Positions 51,479 through 64,000 of a stretch of DNA of 64,000 nt are shown here, one piece after another. The first letter of the stretch is position 1, and every line of letters begins with the position of its first letter. The stretch comes from Phoronis australis (lineage: Eukaryota > Animalia > Phoronida). Below the pieces are notes generated by a model. It did not search any database and was not told the origin of the DNA. It saw only the letters and a list, made by a program, of their open reading frames with translations. The stretch covers positions 102,406-166,405 of the forward strand of contig NMRA01000648.1 of the NCBI GenBank assembly GCA_002633005.1, given 5' to 3'. The translations under genes and the position numbers were made by a program.

Positions 51479-53615
51479 GTAAATTTCTAAATTTTTTTTT
51501 GTTTTTTGTATATTTTTGGTTTTTGTTTTGTTTTTGTTTTCAGTGGTGCTTAGTGATTACAAATAATATGGCCTTGGAGTAGCCAATCATAGGCTGAGTT
51601 TTGTGTGTGTGGTGATAGTCGTCTGAAATGTTGCAGTGATTATTTTTTCAGAAATATTACTGTGAGTGTGGAACTAAATGAATAGTCATAAATTATTGAA
51701 CAATCACCTTTTTATACATATTGATTAATAGTAAATAACGTTTCCCTTAAAAACAGGCTTCACCAATTTCTGCTCCTTTGGTTTTGTTGTACCAACTTCT
51801 TTTGAACATGTAAAGAACTAACTATTAGACTTTTTCTGTCACAGTTCTGTGACAATAGCGTCAGTGTTCAGGATGTTTCTCCTCAAATACCTGCTCTTAT
51901 ATTCAAAATCCATGTTTTCAAAAATTTAAAATCGAATTTCGCTCTGCCAAATTTGGTGTGCATCTTAACAGTTGTGATATACGGTTTAACTTGTTTTTAA
52001 TGAGAGCCCTGTCACACCTAAGGATTTCTAAGTACGTAAGTTACGAAGAATTTTGCCACAATGGAGTAAACATGATAGGGAACCAAATAAATGTTGGATA
52101 CACTTGTTACAATAAGAGTTAGTACCCCATGGAAGGTGTGGTATTCAATTTTCATGCTTTTGGCCTAAGTTTCCCCGTATCATCAAGATTTTAGGACGGG
52201 GGTCCAATGTTTTGAGAACATGCTTGATGTGGCTAGGCCTTCATATCAGCTGCATATTAAGTAAAATCAAACTATTTTATGAATTCATTCTCTGATGGCT
52301 GTGTTTCGTATAAATTGTTCTTAAAATACTCTTTCGATTATAGTAGTTTCCTTTATTTTCATCCATTAAGATTATGCTGATAAGAGTTTCATCAATTAAG
52401 AGGCATTACAAAAATGAAATGAATTACAACCTGCCTGAATTGGTGTTTTTACTGGCAAATTCATGAAGTGTAAAATCCATTGCCACTCAACTCTGGCGGC
52501 CATTTTGTAGGTGCCCCACCAGGAATTCAAAAATGGGTTTTGAAAATTCCACATTTAATTCCAGTTCTTTTGAAAACAAGTATTTGATTAGGTTCTAGAG
52601 GAAACAGTTTAAACTAGTCTGTAGTATGTATAGTAGTACTTAATTCCTGTTTGATGTTTTTAACTGAAAAGAAAGACTGTCTTTAATACGTACTGCATAA
52701 CTAATTTAAACCAAACAATTTTGTAATTGCCCTATGCAATGACAAGTTTGTGCATGAAAGAAATTTCGAATTTTTCTTCGCTCTTCATATAACTTGGGCT
52801 TCCAGGTGGTTTATTGAATTTGCTGAATTCAACTACTGTTATTGATTTATCTCGTTTCACTATATGATGCTGTAAATAATTCACACTATGACAAACACAT
52901 TTCTCTACTGTAGCTGATAATGTGTGATAATTTTCAGTGAAAAGGTTGAAATGATAAAACTTCTATTCAAGCTGTTGCAGAATAAAGCTTCCACACAGGG
53001 TGTTTGCTGTGCAATACAGCCTATCCGTAAACTGGCGTAAACTGAATTTCGGAAATCATTTTTGCGTCCCTCTGCCTCCAGTTTAAAGGTCGCTGTGACA
53101 TTTAGTTGGGCTACCTGTCCGTAATTAGAACAATCCTGTGAACCCGATATGGGAACAGTCGAAAAAATGACCTTAAGGTAGCGCAATACACATTTCTGTC
53201 ACAGCTGTGCTGATTGAAATGAAACAATCACAGGGCATGACTTTTATAGACTTGTTATCTAATCTGTACAGATTGTGTTCCTGTCTTGTGACCATTATAT
53301 TCTGATTACATTCAGCGTTTGTGCTGTCCAGTGTTTTTCTGCTCCAGTATGCCACGGGGGTACGGCACCTTTCACAACGAACGTAAGTAATTATGCCCCC
53401 TGCTGGTGGATTTTTCCCCACTGGTTTAGCTGCGAGAAGTGTGATGTGGGGAAATGTTGCGATTGGTTCTCACACTTGTCTTTGGGGCTCATCCAATCAG
53501 ATACGTGGTGAGTTTTATCATGTCCCCGATAGGTTACCTTAAGCTCTATTTACTCTCTCCGATATTTCATATAGAACCCCGCACACTCACATGAACAAAA
53601 TTGCTTGGACTGGAC

Positions 53616-54096
53616 CAGGCCTTTATCCAGGATTTCAAAAATAGGGTGTCCAAAATGGGGTTTCCCAATATTCCAGGGCGTCCATGATTCCGACGCGTAA
53701 CCCCCCACCCCCAGTAATCCCTCCAAACACAGATTTTTTTACAAAAAATGCATAGACCAAGGTTTTTACACTAAGTTTACAAAACAGACTTCTGTAGTGA
53801 GCATTTTTATTAAAAAAAAGTGTGGAGACCAAGACTTTTACCATGCTATCAACCAAATGTGAGCATAGCAACATTATATATACTTTGTATATACATTGTA
53901 TATTTCTTCCTGCTTTGAAAAAAGAGCCACCTCTGTGAGTTTTCATAGGCTTCCTAGTGATCATTACAATGTGTGTATCCAAACTTGAAAGGTTCCTATT
54001 GATAGTGGGCGTCCAAATGATACATTGGGCGTCCTTTCTAGGGCAGCCACATTAGTGCTAGGGCGTCCAAATGGATGTCCGCTGCATGAAGGCCTG
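53616..54096. mobile_element. hAT-type MITE (481 bp) with a perfect 8-bp TSD
   Basis: TIR caggcctttatccag / ctgcatgaaggcctg; TSD GACTGGAC at 53608-53615 and 54097-54104; subterminal gggcgtcc repeats. Confidence 0.9.
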
Positions 54097-57000
54097 GACT
54101 GGACAACTACAGTAGTTATTGCTTCTCCGTTCTCTCTCGCGGGTTGCTTGTCAGTAATTTATGACCTCGCATAATTCCCACACAGCCCATTTTGTGCTAG
54201 AAAACCCTATTTTGACAGTGTTCTAGTATTACATGCCCATTTAAGGTCTTAAGTTCTTCAATTGAACATTTTTATTTTTTGTCAGTGTGTTTTGTATTAT
54301 ATATATATGTGATTAGACAATAAATTCCACAGGCTTTCTTTCATAAAATGTATGTACTTTATTTAAATTCTATAGTTTTGTAGAAATTTAGCATTGCTCT
54401 TATAAAGAGTTAACTAGCTGAGCTTCCTAAAAATGCAGTTTGCTGCATTTTCACTATCATGACTACCCAAGGGAGATAATTAAGAGGTCTCAGAAGAAAA
54501 TGTACCATCGCCATGTTCTGGAAAAATGAAATTCACATTAGTGATGCAGGTATAGATATTAGAAGTGAAAAGTCTCTGGAGTTTTATGTATCTAATTTTC
54601 ACAGTCCTGTTTGGTTTTGTCAAATTATATGTGTGTCAGCAAAAAAAAAGTAATTTCCAAAAGTCTAACGTGGAGTTCTGCACGTATTTCTGCCCTGACC
54701 ACTGTATAGGGGACATAGCACTTTGCAAATGAAGACTGGTCAGTCATGGGGTTCAGTTACTCTGATCAAGTTTTTAACACACATGGCTACAGTTTTCTCA
54801 AACCTGTCAGTGAGTTGGTCCTAATCTGCAGAAGACTTCATTGATGTTGAGTTTGACAGGTCAAAGATCATGGTAACATGTATGCCCCGATTTCCTACTC
54901 TTTCATTCAAAAACATTTTTTCAAATATTTATTTTGATGTTACACCAACAGCTGTAGACAGAGTCTTAAATATGAGTTAACCTCTAACAAAGCTCTTGTA
55001 GTGAAACATCTTAACGTGTGGAATAGAAACGGTGAAAAGTATCTCATAATTCAACGTAATAACCTCACCGACCAATCACTTCTAAGGTATGCCGGTAAGT
55101 ACTTTAACGTTCTCATGGAAAGCCCCTTTCACCCATGGGATTTTGCATGTTCTTGCTTTTAGGCAAGTTTCTATGGTCTACGAAATGCATCCAGGGATAT
55201 CTGACTATTTCAACCAGACATATTTCAAAGGCGATGGTTACCTCTCTACCAGGATTCATTTAACAAGACATATTATTTACAAATATGTCTTGTTTATTTT
55301 TACGTTCATCCAGTAGCCGTTGGGTCTTATGTCTGCCATGTACTCTAAGGATCCTCATTGGATTGTCCCTAATTCATGTCAAATTTGGATTATCTCCCCC
55401 TTGGCTAATCTGGTCAGACACTCTTGCCTAACATAGCATTGATTTTCATTGATTGCAACAAATGTTTGACTCATTGCCATAATACACTAAGCATGACCAG
55501 ATATCACCAAGGCAGAGAAACAACAATTCTATTATTTTGAACACACGGATTAGTCCACACTTGGGCTACTTTTTGACTGGAGTTTTGTTGCTAGCATTGT
55601 TCTCAGAAAGTTGTGCTCTCTAGAATTAAGATGCTTTTTGAATGAATTATTCTGGGTGATTTTAATCTTTGGGAAGAAGACGGGCTTTACTGAAGAATTG
55701 GAGACTAGGGCACAATAGGTATACATGATTGTGGCTGTTTCAGTTTCAGCCAATGGGTTTTGTTTATTATCTTATTTCAGACATGATTTATTGCTCAGCT
55801 GTCTATGTATAAATGTTTCTTATTATTGACTTTATGCCAATTAAACTATTGTTTCTTCAATAATCAAAGGTAACTTTTTTAAAAGGCCTTTCTTACCGGC
55901 TCCAAAGATTCAGTGTTAGCAAAGTTTTGGTCATTGGGAACACTTATAACTTAGGTCTTGGATCAAAGTTAACAGCGTGAGTTTACTTCGCAGTTAAAAG
56001 AGGTGGATTTAACAGTATCGACGCTTTGCTGCAATGGGAATAACTTCGATTCCCCAGAAGTTGTTGGTAGGGGTCACTGTAAGGTGGTGACTTGTTCATA
56101 TTTGTTCATATTTTGCTACAATATTTATTGCTTTGGCAGTGGAGCCATTCTGTTTCAATTTATCCATATTGGATTCTTCACTGAACATATGCAAAGCAAG
56201 TTCCCACCATATGCCATACCCCCTTTGTTCAGATCAATTGTTATTCAAAAGTTTTTAATGGAGGCATTGACAACTTCGCAAGACATATGAGCGCCACCTT
56301 GGGATACGCCTGCTGAAGTAGTTGCCTGAATAAGTCCAAAGCTGATTAATTGAAACACAAATCCTTAAATTGACATAAAACCACTGTTAGCCTGATAGTA
56401 GGGGAGTTAACTTTACAGGAAAGAGTGTTGTCACTTACCACTAAATTATTCATGCCTGTAGTAACCAACCCAGTTCTCCTTCATAAAGTAGAAATTAATT
56501 GCTGCTTTGAACAAGAATTTCGATAATGTACAAATAAATTGTTGAGCAATGCCTGTTCTAGGATTTATCTCCCCTTTACTGTTCAAGTGTTGTTTGCTAA
56601 GAAACCAGGAAGTGAACATGACATGACATATGTTTTGATTTTGTGTTAGATGTTATACTTCAATACATAGTTGTATACAGTTGTATACAGTTGTAAAGTG
56701 ATTCAATTTCAATTGGTGACAGTTATTTACCTACAAAAATATATTTTGAGTAGCCGCCCATGATGCTATTGATTTCAGTTGCACGACTGATTGATACTGA
56801 AATGAGAACTGTACGTAGATATACATAGCGTTTACTGCCTTCCTTGTGACTAAGCCATTGGTGATAACTAGCTGTTGATATCTTGCATTGTGTTCAAACT
56901 CTGATGATACCTGTGGGAGATGGTAAATGGTGTTGTTTTATGTGTGGGTGATACAGTGTCAGTGAAGACTGGGCGATCTTCAAGATAAAAGCTATTATTG

Positions 57001-57326
57001 AATTGCTTGGGATGACAGTGCTCAAAGACAGTGTTCGCTGAGATGGAACAGAGAACTACGGAATAATTTGCAGAGGTTGGAGTATACGGAATGAAGCTCT
57101 ATGTGTTATCGGGTTGTTTGTTCAATTGTTATTGTGGAAAATGATTTTTCATACTGAAACTTGTAAAAAGAGAGCCACTTTGCAGCATTTCCATGGAGTA
57201 TAGGTACAACAAGGCAACATTTGTAGGTTAACGTTGAGAAGTGATACAGTTCCACATCTACAATATGTACAGCAGTTTTAAAAAAGGTCTTTGCGGAGTA
57301 TGTGCTGTCAAATTATCGCTGTTGAA

Positions 57327-57387
57327 ATGGCTCGTGTAAGAAAACGAATCTGTCAGTCAAGAGGAAGCCAAGGAAACATCAAGTTAG
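57327..57387 (+). CDS. Candidate alternative first coding segment MARVRKRICQSRGSQGNIKL(G)
   Basis: gaaATGG start, 20 codons + 1 nt, donor TAG|GTAAAT. Signal-based only. Confidence 0.3.
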
Positions 57388-60300
57388 GTAAATGGTAATG
57401 CCATAGATTGGAAACTCTTAAGATGTGTCATGCCAGTATGAAAGCATGTCTCACATGCTTTGTTAGGCCAGTGGACAAAGCGGCAAGCTACATGTTAGAA
57501 AACCATTGACGGAATTTCCGTACATAACCCGCAATGTATAATTGGCAATCATATTTTTGAATCAAAAGTCAAAAACAAAAATATTATACATCCTGTCATT
57601 TAACATGGCTGATTATATTGGTGCGGATGTATCTATTACCAAAGCCGTCACGCACTCTAATACAAAATACTCAGGGCATCGGTCTTCTCAATGATATACG
57701 TAACGTAAACTTTCTTTATAAAAAGATGGTCTGAAAGAGGTGTCCGAACTTTTGATTGTAAACTTTGGATGTATTTTTAGTTTAACCTGGGGACTAATTC
57801 GGCATGTCTGGTTTCCAATGTACCGTGTGGCCCTATCGTGGAAGCCTGTTTTCAGAAAATTATATGAATGATACAACTGCTGGTGTCAAGTGTCCAGATA
57901 TTAGTGTTTATTGCCCACTCAGCGTCCACTTTTAGCCACAAATTCAATTTTGTGAGATATTATTAATGAAACGAACAGTGTTAGCGAACTATGTATTTAT
58001 TAACTTAAAATATAAAAGCACAGTTTTATGCGAAAAAAATAGCTGATATTTTCTTATCAGCCGAGGCTGTATGACTTTCCGTTTACACGACCTCCCTGAA
58101 AATTTTCATTTTCCGTATAAACGCCCATGGACTTATCTATGGAAAATCCCGATATTTGGATTTTGAGTTTCTGCTGCTAAACCATGAATATTTACGAAAA
58201 TGAAAATAACTCGTTTCTCGCTAACCTTTCTGGCTACACAAAGATACCACACGTTTGCGCATGTGCATTTCATTGAACAGTGTTAGGAGAAGTGTGGACT
58301 AAAAAGAATGGCTATCAAGATTATATGGCTTTGCTGTAGCGACATGTCCCTGAGGATTATACTTCATGGAACAATTAGGACCGTTGAACATTGTCAATTA
58401 AAGAAAAGCTACAGTAATGTCAAGCATGAGTATATTGTCTGATGGGTCCCATTGTGGGTACACTGCACTGACACACTACTTTCTGTAACCACGGCGATGA
58501 AAGACATTCATCTTTCAATGGATTTTTTCTTGTCAGATTCATTGTGTACAGGTTTAGGGAAGTATAGGAAAGATATCCCTGTGAGAACTTTCACTCATGA
58601 AGTACTACAAGTTTCAACTGCACATTTCTGCTGAGTGACAGTTTAAAGTAACATTGGCTTCAGATAACTAATTAATCTCCTAAATTTTGTACATAACATG
58701 GAAGAGAAGAGATTTTTTTGTTATTACCCACCCAGATACAAATTGCATGTGAGCAAGATAATGTTCAATGATGTGATGTCTACCCACTTGTTACAACAAC
58801 CAAATTCCATGGTTCTGTGTGCAGGCGACTTCACGCAGCTTTGTCCATTAATGGTTCAATTTTAGCTAATATCTGTTGTGATGTAGTAAATTCTTATTTT
58901 GTAGACAGCCACTAGGTATGGGTTGCTGTGGTAGAAGGGTGCAGGTTGGAGGTAAAACATGAATTATGTTCTGTCTCGGATTTTTGTCCGTTGATTTTCT
59001 TTTCATTCTTTGTCTGTTTTGCTGTGCACTACAGAATTCAACTTTCAAAAGGACTATCTTAATATGTAGCTACTGCAACCATAATGCTTTTTCTTGATTT
59101 AATATTTTTAGCCTTCTTTGAACACATTTTTGTTTCTTTTTTTGATGTCTCTGTCCCTTTCTGGGTAATAATAAGGATTAAACTTCACAGGAAAACTTGA
59201 ATTTAATTACTTATATATCCACTAGTTAAGTCACTTTCACTCTGTCTTATGTCACCGTGAGAAACCATATTAGCTGATTCGAGACAGCAGATGGTTTTGT
59301 AGAAAGCAGTTAGAGTATATTGCGGAGCATGTAACAATGCTTGTAACTGGCAAGTACTTGATTTCTCAACGAATTTTTGTAAAAGTAATTTCTTAAGAAT
59401 GCCATTTTGTCATTTTCAATCATGGCTTCTTACGTTGTAGCGAATACCCAAAAATTTTCAAAACTTTGATTGGTGGTTACTGTGGTTGGTTACTATGGTT
59501 ACTGTGGTTACTGTGGTACAAAACTTAAACATGGAATGTCATTTAATTTGGTGCTGCATTTGTTTGATGGAAGAAACAATAAAATAAAAGTTCACTGGTT
59601 GGCCATAGCTGAGACTTTACACATAGAAGTTGGACAATCTCATCCATATGTGTGTCAGCTAGAGCAGATTAAGGAAATAATCAGAATTACCTATATCTTT
59701 GGCCAACATGAGTTAAAAATAGTATTTGTTTAAGTTAGTAACTCTGTAGATTATTTCTCTTTAACACAGCTCACTTTGGCCTATGCCAAATAATTTCTAA
59801 ATGTTGTCTGCATGAAGTATCGATCCCACCTCGCACGTTTTCAATAACCACCATTTTCGACATTTCACAGAAGGGTTCCAGTGCTGTGACATAAGCAAAT
59901 TGGATGTTTGATATTTAAATCCATTTGTGGTAACTCTTGAGAGTATGGCTGAAAAGAGAAAAACTATATGAATATTTCAGACTTCATTAGGTCTCGTGAT
60001 GTGGCCAGCATATGGCGTGCTGACCAAACTTAAAGTGATGGCGAGTGAAATTCAAATATCTTCACAAAAATAAAGATTAAGTACATTTCAGTCCATTGCT
60101 AGCATAGTTTGTACTGTGTAGATGGCATAAAACAAAGTTTCCACTATTTGTTTAGTAATGTATCAGCTTTTGAATAAAGAAAAAATTGGCAGTTTTGGAA
60201 ATTATTTTTGTGCGTGTTAAGTGGCGAATTACTGTCCCTTTTGATTGCAGTTACTAGCCTCATCTCATTCCACCCAACTGCAACAATCAGCTTAAGTGCA

Positions 60301-63300
60301 AAACTTATTAATCACAACACTTCTGGAATCTCCATAAAATAATAATTTTTGGACCAAGTACTTGGCCTTGATGTCCGTCACCCAATGTATCACCACATGT
60401 CTTCACAACGGAGCCATATGATCAGGGCCCAGATGTATGCCTATGTGGTAATGCATCATTATTCATGCCGTCCGTTGAACAAAATTACTGCAGAATTCAC
60501 TTCCACTACTAAACTTTACCAAGCGGGAATCACTGTCATACCTTCAATGCAAGAGAGCAAGAAATTGGTATAGACTGAACAATACCAAGAAATTAAACAG
60601 GTGATTGATTTCTAGTAACAGAGTGCACAAATGTCATGGAATCAACCATTTTTTCTTGTAACGTAGGGGACAAATAAATCTTATTGAGGAATCGTGGAGC
60701 AGACAAATACTGTGGAATTGCCCTATGCCCCATTTAATTTTAAAGGTGAATGAAGTTACTCAGTGTAATTCACAGACATGCCCCATTAAGTGAATGCAAT
60801 GGGTTAAGTCAGAAATCTACTCGGAAACAATCACCTCCCCTCCACCACCCTTTACTCACTCAAGTGTATAACTTGCTCGTTGTGCGTGTGTTCATCTCAG
60901 CTGTCTGACTTCTTGCGGTGATGTAGGACATGGTTCTTAAAGTGGGACAGTTATGAACTATTTTAATTTGCCAATTTTTGTTGCCTTGAAGTGATAAGAA
61001 CGAAATTTGAACTTGTTGCCATTCAACGTAAGCTTTAAACCAGATACGGTTCAGTAAAATCTCACCGATGTAGGACACAATAAGGCCAACAAATAAAATT
61101 TTAAAGGTTCATTTTTGCATGCAACATATTCAACACCAAATTCAGTGGTTTTCCAATTGTTCAAGATTTATACCACAGCTACTGTCAGGTGAAGTTTTGG
61201 AATGAGGAGTCACAACTGTTAGAAGCCCTTGAAAAACCAAAAAGGGTTATTTTGGTCCAATTTAATGAAATTTTACTGTACCACTTTTATAAATCTCCAT
61301 TTTTTAAATGAAACTATAAACTAATTGCAAAGAGTTAGCATGCTTAGTTTTAGAAAAACTATAGTTTACTAAGCTTAGTTGTCTTCTTGCAACTGTTGCT
61401 AGATTTGCTGTGGCTATGGGTTTCTAATTCCAGTTTGAATGTGGCAGTTCTGATTTGACCTAATCATTGCTACATACAGCTTCAGAATTGTTTTATTAAT
61501 TTTCTTTTTAGCTGTTGGATATATCTTGCTTTCACTCTTTGTTTTTGATGACTTCATACTTGCCAGCCTGTTTTGGTGATAATGCTATGCGTAGTACATA
61601 CATACCGTACTAATTTGCCGTAGCAAAAGATGCTTCACATTCAGGCTCTAAACGTCCTTTCCCATACGGCTAATTCTGCTACTTTCTTAGCTTCAATGTT
61701 CACAGTGGTTAACCTTGAAGTAATAGCCTTATGGTTCCCATCAGCTTCAGAGTTATTCAGTTAACAAATTCAACAGAGGCATCGAAATTAAGTGTTCCCA
61801 TTGTAGCAAAGCACCGATGCTCTGCTATTAAATCCACCTCTTTTCTCCGGAGTAAACTTGCACTGCAAATTTCAATCCAAGACTGCAGTAAGTGTTCCCA
61901 TTGACTGAAACTTCACTAACATTAAAACTTTGGAGCCTTTAATAAACCTATCAGTTGCGATCACTCTCAAATCTTACAGTCCCACAGTGCCACGTTAGGT
62001 AAAGCCAAACCGCGAACTTCAAACTCAAATAAGTTGGTGGTCTTGAATTTTTCCTTTGTGGCAATCGGTGAGCTCCATTCAGTCCACGTAGATCCGATGC
62101 GTAATTTGGAACGTTTACTATTACCAGAACAGATTTCCATCGAAAGAGATGAACCAGAGCAATGGTGGCACTTACACAGGGCATTTATTGTTGGATAAAG
62201 TTTTAATGTCTATCAGTGACATGGTTTTTACATGCAGATTTTAACACAGTTACGACATTTACTTTTAGTTCTATTTTTTATGATCTTGGCTGATGTTTGG
62301 TTTTTGCTTGCATTTAAGACATTTGTTTGCATGTTTTTTCAGTTGTATGTTTGTTGTTTGTTTGTTTTTTGTACTACAGTGGTATGCTTTGACTTTAATG
62401 TAACCCCTGCACTCAGACGAACAGTTGATTGGGTGCAAATGTGCGCGTTAAGACGGTTGACATAGAGCAAGTTGACATGGCAGCGGCCATTTTTGACAGT
62501 GGTTTGAGAGGTAGAACAACTAGCTTGTACTCAATCAGTTGCTCCAGTTTAAACTACACGTCTTAACACCAGCTGAGGCAACCCAGAAGGGATCATTTCT
62601 GTTACACTTTTGCAATAGCGTAGGTTTGGACATGAGCAGTCTTCTTGTTACTGACTCATGCTGATCCCGTTTGCATTTGGATGTTGTGTAAATGAGACTA
62701 AAGTGGAGCAAGTCCTGCCGTCACAACTTGCACCATGACAACTATTCCCCATAAAAACAGCTTACGAGAATATGCGCACAAAGGGATGTACAAATACAAT
62801 ACATGGCGGACATAGCTAAAACCACAATCATAAAACATAAAAACGAGAATAAATAAAAGTACGGAATCTCCAAAATTTCCATTTTCAATGCCTACGGTGG
62901 GTTTGATGCCTACCCCAATTCATACAATCAATAAAAAAGTTGGTGTCTTTGTGAACACTTATCTCATGAATTTTCGCTCCATAAAAAGATGAAACTTGCT
63001 TTCCACTGAATAATAAAAGTGCCAATGGTACCTTGCACACACTGTCAGGTATAAACAGAGATCCACAGGATTTTTCCTGGGCCCACCCAAGAATTTGTTT
63101 ACAAACACTTATGCTCATCCTACGGTAAAGTCGCGTGATTTTCGGACGGCCCGCCATTTCCGACCAAGAATAAATATTTCCGAAATGAGTTTTTCATAGT
63201 CCACGAAATTCGTACAAGGTCCAAAAACTGTTTTTAATGATCTTCGAACTTCGGACAATGTCATAAACGTCGGATTTTTGCCCCGCGACTTTCGGACAAG

Positions 63301-64000
63301 GAAAATTTTAGAAACGCTAATTTGGGATCGATGCAACTCCCGTATCACTAAAGCGTTCAAGGTTTGAATCTGAGAATTGGTGTAACGGGCTTTGTAATTT
63401 TTACCTTGTCTTGACGATGTCGTGACCGTTACTCGATTGTCTTGCGTTTAGCTTGTGTTTGGCGCTTTAGCTATGGAAAGAGTCACCGAGTCCCGCATGA
63501 CGAAAATTTCTGATGAAAATACAAATGGGAAATACACCGAAGGCTGCAGTTTTTCGTTGTAGCGTAACATGCGCTCTGGTTTAATTAGACCGTGTTGTTG
63601 ACTTCGGACTGTGACATTGAACTTGCACGCCTGACATCAACTTGCGTGTTTACGAAACGTTTTTATTTTTAAAATGTCCTGGCCTTTCCAAATGCCCTTG
63701 TTAGTGGCTAAAATCTCCGGCGACGTGTCCCGATTTTATACTTGACCTGATGGGAAATATTTTTTGTTTAGGCTCCCATTCACAATAGGCCACAGCTAAG
63801 TCTGTCCGTAGGATATCGCGCGTTCAAAGTAGTGTAGATCGTGAACAGCAACAGCCGAATGAGACGGAGCCAAAGTAAAGCTGGTTAAAAATCAAACATA
63901 GTGCAAGGCCCAGCACTCAGAAAGGGGCGCGGCGCACACGCAATTGTTACAGAGACATTGCATCCCTGTCCTATGTTGTGTAAGCGCCGGTGTGCTATAA

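Noticed and set aside
63121-63830. TA-flanked DNA transposon starting tacggtaaagtcgcg with repeated ttcggac
   Set aside because: The left end looks plausible but no convincing matching right TIR was found in the window.

Overview
AT-rich eukaryotic (invertebrate-looking, probably marine metazoan) scaffold with three N-gaps and no prokaryotic-style features. Host genes: (i) the 5' part of a minus-strand myosin of the class III-like clade, with two clear motor-domain exons and two inferred upstream exons that would make it kinase-less; (ii) an intronless-CDS class A orphan GPCR resembling GPR21/GPR52 (minus, 25787-26842); (iii) a probable long plus-strand gene starting in a CpG-rich region at ~34.3-35.1 kb, for which only candidate 5' exons are visible. 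The rest is dense in mobile DNA: two decayed THAP-domain genes, two copies of a TA-flanked Tc1/pogo-type non-autonomous element, six clustered copies of a ~150 bp MITE, a nested pair of Merlin-like elements, a hAT MITE, and CR1/L2, RTE-X-like and Penelope fragments. Two repeat-array elements stand out: a Helentron/HINE-like element with eight co-oriented CTCF-consensus motifs ~130-170 bp apart (28.5-29.8 kb), and a 2.35 kb TIR element with eleven copies of a 17-bp TGTAGTGTACGTACCCC motif (37.5-39.8 kb). All calls were made by eye; no database searches were run.
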